A stretch of DNA of 64,000 bases from Eledone cirrhosa. Lineage: Eukaryota. The notes under the pieces were generated by a model. It saw only the letters and a program-made list of their open reading frames with translations, had not been told where the DNA came from and searched no databases. Location of the stretch: the NCBI GenBank assembly GCA_964016885.1, contig OZ024742.1, positions 99,200,001 to 99,264,000 on the forward strand. Direction: 5' to 3'. The number at the start of each line of letters is the position of its first letter. Within the stretch, counting starts at the first letter, position 1. Shown piece by piece: positions 58,477 through 64,000 of the stretch. Position numbers and translations under genes: made by a program.

Positions 58477-58566
<90 letters not shown>

Positions 58567-58732
58567 ACGAAGGAAGTGTGATAAGGAATCAGGTGGACCA
58601 TAACGCACCTGAGTACTCAATACTTAGGGCAGTAGAGTGGGTAATTGGAAAATGTTTAACCCCGACGGCAAAGCTCAAGCCGTTTCGACGGCTATTTCTG
58701 GATTAATATATATCTATATATATATATATATA

Positions 58733-59422
58733 TATTGTTATACTTTGGGAGGGTCATGTTGCCAATAAGAAACACACGCACCAGTTGCTTTCACTTCAAT
58801 TTATTACATATTTATAAATTTACAAATTTACAAATTTACAAACTTATAAATTTCTGGTTGGTTGGTTGGTTCCACAACCAGATAGTTGTTTATATATATA
58901 GTCATAGTCCTTTCGTCACACACTCTGTGACCTCTTCAGCGACAGGGGATTCTATTCTTCGTTTCTGTGCCTTTCCTTTCTTCTATCCTACGCCATTTTG
59001 TTTCTGTGTGTGTGTTGTGTGCTCAGAACACAAACACACACAGACACCCGGATGTGGCGCATGCGCAAACTGAGCACACAACACACACACAGAAACAAAA
59101 TGGCGTAGGATTGAAGAAAGGAAAGGCACAGAAACGAAGAAAGGAATCCCCAGTCACTGAAGAGGTCACAGAGTGTGTGACGAAAGGACTATGACTATAT
59201 ATATAAACAACTATCTGGTTGTGGAACCAACCAACCAACCAGAAATTTATAAGTTTGTAAATTTTTAAATTTGTAAATGTATAAATATATAATAAATTGA
59301 AGTGAAAGCAACTGGTGCGTGTGTTTCTTATTGGCAACATGACCCTCCCAAAGTATAACAATATCGGTTTCAACACACGATTTCAGATAAAGAATCTTGC
59401 TAAACAAATTCAGAAACGAAAT
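58733..59422. mobile_element. Non-coding foldback element with ~293-bp arms, 44-bp spacer and a ~57-nt one-sided extension
   Basis: 58733-59025 is the reverse complement of 59070-59364 with few mismatches; (TA)n on both sides. Confidence 0.93.
59152..59196 (+). ncRNA. Type I hammerhead ribozyme, intact; mirror copy at 58900-58943 (-)
   Basis: agtca-CTGAAGA-g-gtcaca.gagtg.tgtgac-GAAA-ggaCTA-tgact. Confidence 0.9.
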
Positions 59423-59573
59423 ATATATATATATATATATATGTAGATAAATCTACCAAAATATACGGTAGTGTCCAATCCGTATGAAGAACTCAATGTA
59501 ATCCAAATATCATGAAAAGAGAAGATGTATTCAAAACTTTCGATGAAAAACACAGGAAAACAGAGTCAAGATA

Positions 59574-59928
59574 AATTAATAAAAATAATGAATAAAAACA
59601 AAGAATCAGTTCCTTATATTAAAAACTCATCATTTTACGATCGTTTCTAGTATATATATGTGTGTGTTGGTATGTATATCATATAGATCTATGTAAAAGT
59701 TTTACAAACTATCAGAGGGAATATACATACCTACACATATATATTATTTCTGAAGACAGCATATATGTGTGTAGGTATGTATATTCCCTCTGATAGTTTG
59801 TAAAACTTTTACATAGATCTATATGATATACATACCAACACACACATATATATCCTAGAAACGATTATGAAATGATGAATTTTTATAATATAAGGAACTG
59901 TTTTCTTTGTTTTTATTCATTATTTTTA

Positions 59929-59935
<7 letters not shown>
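59574..59935. mobile_element. Foldback element with ~170-bp arms, 18-bp spacer and hammerhead at 59742-59877 (+)
   Basis: 59574-59742 is the reverse complement of 59761-59935. Reads tattattt-CTGAAGA-...-GAAA-cgat(c/t)(GTA/ATG)-aaatgatg; the left arm preserves cgatcGTA. Confidence 0.82.
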
Positions 59936-59978
<43 letters not shown>

Positions 59979-59980
<2 letters not shown>

Positions 59981-60400
59981 TTCTTCTTCTTCTTCTTCTT
60001 CTTCTTCTTCTTCTTCTTCTTCTTCTTCTTCTTCTTCTTCTTCTTCTTCTTCTTCTTCTTCTTCTTCACCAACCACATATTACTGAGAGGATCGTGGGGG
60101 CAAAATTCCTGAAACATTCCCTCCGGCGGGTCCTGTCAGAAACAACCGTCTCTAACTGATCCGGCTGGATCCCCAAGCATGACCATCCAAGCTCATGCAT
60201 GTTACCCATCCATCTTGCTCAGGGTCTACACTTACGTCTCTTGCCGGTTGGTTTTGCCAGTAAAATCTGTACAGCAATTCTTTCCAGAGACATTCTGTCC
60301 TTCTGGCCAGTTGCCCATATTGTGCGGTAGAAGCGGGCACGGAGAATCGCAGCAGAGAATGTAAAGGCGTCCGAAGATAAAACATGGGACGATTTGGGGG
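59979..60400 (-). mobile_element. RTE (Expander/Rex3-like) LINE 3' end with (GAA)n tail
   Basis: Minus strand reads RMSLERIAVQILLAKPTGKRRKCRP*ARW....LGWSCLGIQPDQLETVVSDR; (CTT)n at 59979-60066. Confidence 0.75.
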
Positions 60401-60535
60401 TTAAGCTGAAATCTGACTTCAAATCAGCAAATAAATTGTTCTGGGAGATCATTCCCCGACTTCTTATTAATAAGCCCTTCTCCACAACTGCTATTAAATA
60501 CACACACACACACACACACATACACACACACACAC

Positions 60536-60618
<83 letters not shown>

Positions 60619-60705
60619 ATATATATTCATATATACGTTTATATATATATATATATATGTGTGTGTGTGGGTGCGTGTGTGTGTGTATCCACGTATGTAA
60701 GTGTG

Positions 60706-60745
<40 letters not shown>

Positions 60746-61129
60746 CGTTTATCTATGTATGCAAATAAGTTAATTGACTTAATCCGTAAACAAAACGCTC
60801 AGAATACACAGTAAACACACCATGTTCCCTGACTTTAAAAGCTATAATTTTAATAATGACTTAATTGCATGTGCAGCTCGCTAATATTTCTGAATCTGCT
60901 GGCAATTACAATAGCTTCTAGGTATTTAAGCCCATGTACATATTGTCTCAGACACTCTGACACGCACAAGCACACAAACACACATACACACATACACATG
61001 CTCAGATATACACAAACACACACGCATGTGAATGTGCAAAAAGTGATATATGCTTCTGGACATTTTCCTCCCAGGACATAACATACACATCTTAGACATA
61101 CATATTTAACAGATCTCAAATAGATACAC

Positions 61130-62798
61130 TTACCCACACTTTAACATTCGGCTCCTTTCTCTCCTTCCTATGCTCCTTCCATCCCTCCCTCAACTTCACC
61201 ACCTCCCTCTCCAACACCTCCGTCCACTTCTTGGATATCTCATTCGCCATCGACCCCTCCCACCACTTACTCATCACCTCCGCTTTCTTGAAACCCATGG
61301 ACTACCTCTCCTACTTCGACTTTACCTCATCCCAGACCACTTACACAAAACACTCCATTCCCTACTCCCAACTTCTCCGGATCCGACGCCTTTCCAGCCG
61401 AGATGCGGATTTTGAGACCCAGGCCCTTTCTCTAGTCCGTCATTTCACCCGGAGGAGTTACCTCTCCCTCGTCCATGCCGCTCTCACTTGCGCCCGCACC
61501 CTCCGCTGCACACCGTCTCCCTTTCCTTTCACCTACCACCCCACCACCCTACAACGAACCATCCTTCGATTCTTGCGACGCCTCCAGTTGAACCCCTCCA
61601 CCTTCCCTATCTTCAGACTTCCACCCCTCCCCTCCTTCAAACGCGTACGCAGCTTCCGCAACTTCCACAACCTCCTCGTCCGCAGCTCCTTACACCCTAA
61701 CGCCCGTCCTCCCCCGGATTTTTCCATGCTCCCGACACCGCTGCCACATATGCCCCTCTCGGCACCAACACCACTACCTTCCAGAGCCCCAATAGCCACT
61801 CCCTCTCAGTCCGGCATTACTCTCGCTGCATCTCCTCCAGTCTTGTCTACGGATTCCACATCATGGAGTGCGGCGCGATCTACGTCGGACAGACCGGGCC
61901 CCGTCAGGCTGACTGGTTCGCCGAGCACCTCCGTGACATCCGCCATGGTGCGTGTTCCCCCATCGCCTGAGACTTTTGCTCAGCTGGACACTCCACTCGC
62001 AACTTGACTATCCATGACCTGATTGTGTCCCCTGGAACCCCCGACGCCCGACTTAGAGCTGAACAACGCACCATCTTCCAATTATAGACAGACATGCACC
62101 CCCGACCCCACCTCGGTTTCAGCTCTCCACGTTTCTTCTTTTATCCCCCGACTGACTGCTTCTCTCACCCACATATACCTGCCTGTATACACATCTATTA
62201 CCCTCACGCACACATAGTAGTACCAATATCTCTCTCACCCACCAACCTCTCTTTTGCAGGCATCACCTCCTCCTCTCCCTATCACTCACTACCCTGCCAT
62301 AATCACCCTCTCCACCCTCTCCTCCCACTCATTCGACTTGAACATTTCCGGTTGCGCACGTCGCACTACCATTTCACTTCCTCATCGCCATTCACATACA
62401 CATACTGTCGCTTTCTCCCAGACTCTCACGCTTGCATGCACATATACACATGATCAGTTACCTCTACACATACACGCACAGAACTTACTTTCTGCGATCC
62501 CACCTCTTACACACTACCACACTCTTGCCATCCCAGATCCGTACAACCATTCCACCACTTCAGTTTCACTTTGTTTTAATTCGGTTTTTATTTATTTTGG
62601 CTTTGATGTTTATTTTTATCTCTCTTTTTCCCGTCCTTTCATGTTTTACCTATTTTTAAGCTCATTTGCTCTCGGATTTCCTCCCTACTTCCCTGATGGA
62701 GGGCTTATGTCCGAAACGTCGTGTACCGACTCCACTGTCACCAAGCGTGAGCTAATAACACTATGTACCATTGACTCCGACTTTTGTTTGTCCTTTTG
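61130..62798 (+). mobile_element. 5'-truncated, decayed Neptune-like PLE (RT thumb + GIY-YIG + pLTR)
   Basis: HPSLNFT..VHFLDI..KPMD..YFDFTSS..SIPYSQLLRIRRLSS; PC.RHRCHIC; SCISSSLVY...CGAIYVGQTG...FAEHLRDI; decayed hammerhead CTGATGGA-gggc.ttat.gtcc-GAAA-cGTC at 62693-62720; ends at (TA)n. Confidence 0.85.
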
Positions 62799-62800
62799 AA

Positions 62801-62873
<73 letters not shown>

Positions 62874-63681
62874 TTTTATTGACCGATTAATCGCTTAAGT
62901 TTATTTTAAAAACAACTCGGTAGAGAGCTTATTCGTTTTGTGCGGTTTTTGCAAATGTTTGCAATAACTACACATGCTGAATTCCCTCGCCAATAGGGGT
63001 TTTCTCCCCTTAGAATCTCACATGTGCTTTCACAACCTGAGAGATTCCGCCGAAAAATGATGAACAAAAACCCGTTGAGAAAGTGATGCCTTGTTCGATC
63101 ATTATACCAAAAGCTTATTTTTATTTGTATAAGCAGACAGTATTATTGATTTAGGTGTTGCAGAAACCCAAATTTCGGAGTATTATATCTTCCCCGAGGG
63201 TCCGGGTAACTATTTCAATCATATCTCATTTTGTTTGACACGTTTAGCTTGTTCGCTTTTTTGGCTATGGTGGCTATGGCTTCTTAACCATCGTCTCAGC
63301 GTGTATGACCATTTTAACTTATGTTTATAGCTCTGCTATCCTCTTCATATGCATGGAGCGCTTGTCTGCACATTATTGAAGTTGCGTTTCGCTAATTTCT
63401 ACCCGCTGAAATGCGATTCACGCTAAATTATATCTGTGTATATATATATATATATATATATAGTTATGTAATAAACAACATAAGATAATTATTTCATTTA
63501 CCAGTGGTTTCTTGAAAGCAGATATATCTGTTTTCAGTCGTCAGAATGAATAAAACATGGTGTTTTTATTAAATATGGTAAATGAAATAATTATCTTATG
63601 CTGTTTATTACATAACTAATAAGCTCTGTAGCCTACATAGAGCACTCTTTTTTCATGTACCTTTCCGACGGAATTACTTCA

Positions 63682-63731
<50 letters not shown>

Positions 63732-64000
63732 CATATATATATATTTATATATATATATATACATATATATATATAGAGAGAGAAACGGGGAGAGAGAAAG
63801 CGAGGGAGATAGGGAGAAAGAGAGAGAGAAGGGGAGACAAAGAATAGTATGTAAAAAATACGTTCCAATGCACTATAATATGACAAATACATCGAATCTT
63901 TAATATTTAGAGCGACTACGTTATCGATTACACCAAATTGATCATGCTGTATTGTTGTATTAAAATAGGTTACACTTATATATGTTTACTTTAGGAAAAT

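Overview
AT-rich animal (metazoan) intronic or intergenic DNA. I find no supportable host gene, rRNA or true tRNA. Nearly all short ORFs in the track are translations of (TA)n/(CA)n/(GA)n microsatellites. The repeat content (abundant tRNA-derived SINEs, extreme microsatellite density) resembles an octopod cephalopod genome, which is an inference. The window holds four decayed Penelope-like elements (two copies of one Nematis-like family, two Neptune-like), a ~7.7 kb Tx1/L1-clade LINE interrupted by an antisense R4/Dong-like RT fragment, a second decayed Tx1 copy, RTE fragments, two Helitrons and more than 12 SINE copies. The most striking signal is non-coding: roughly 15 sequence-unrelated families (over 20 copies) of type I hammerhead ribozyme motifs read by eye. 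Most lie in short ORF-less foldback elements inserted in (TA)n. They include family-wide non-canonical cores (UUGANAA = U3-A8 covariation in two families; CAGAAGA = U4A), greatly extended stem II domains and one 352-nt terminally redundant retrozyme-like unit. All motifs and boundaries were read manually, and no folding, alignment or database search was run.
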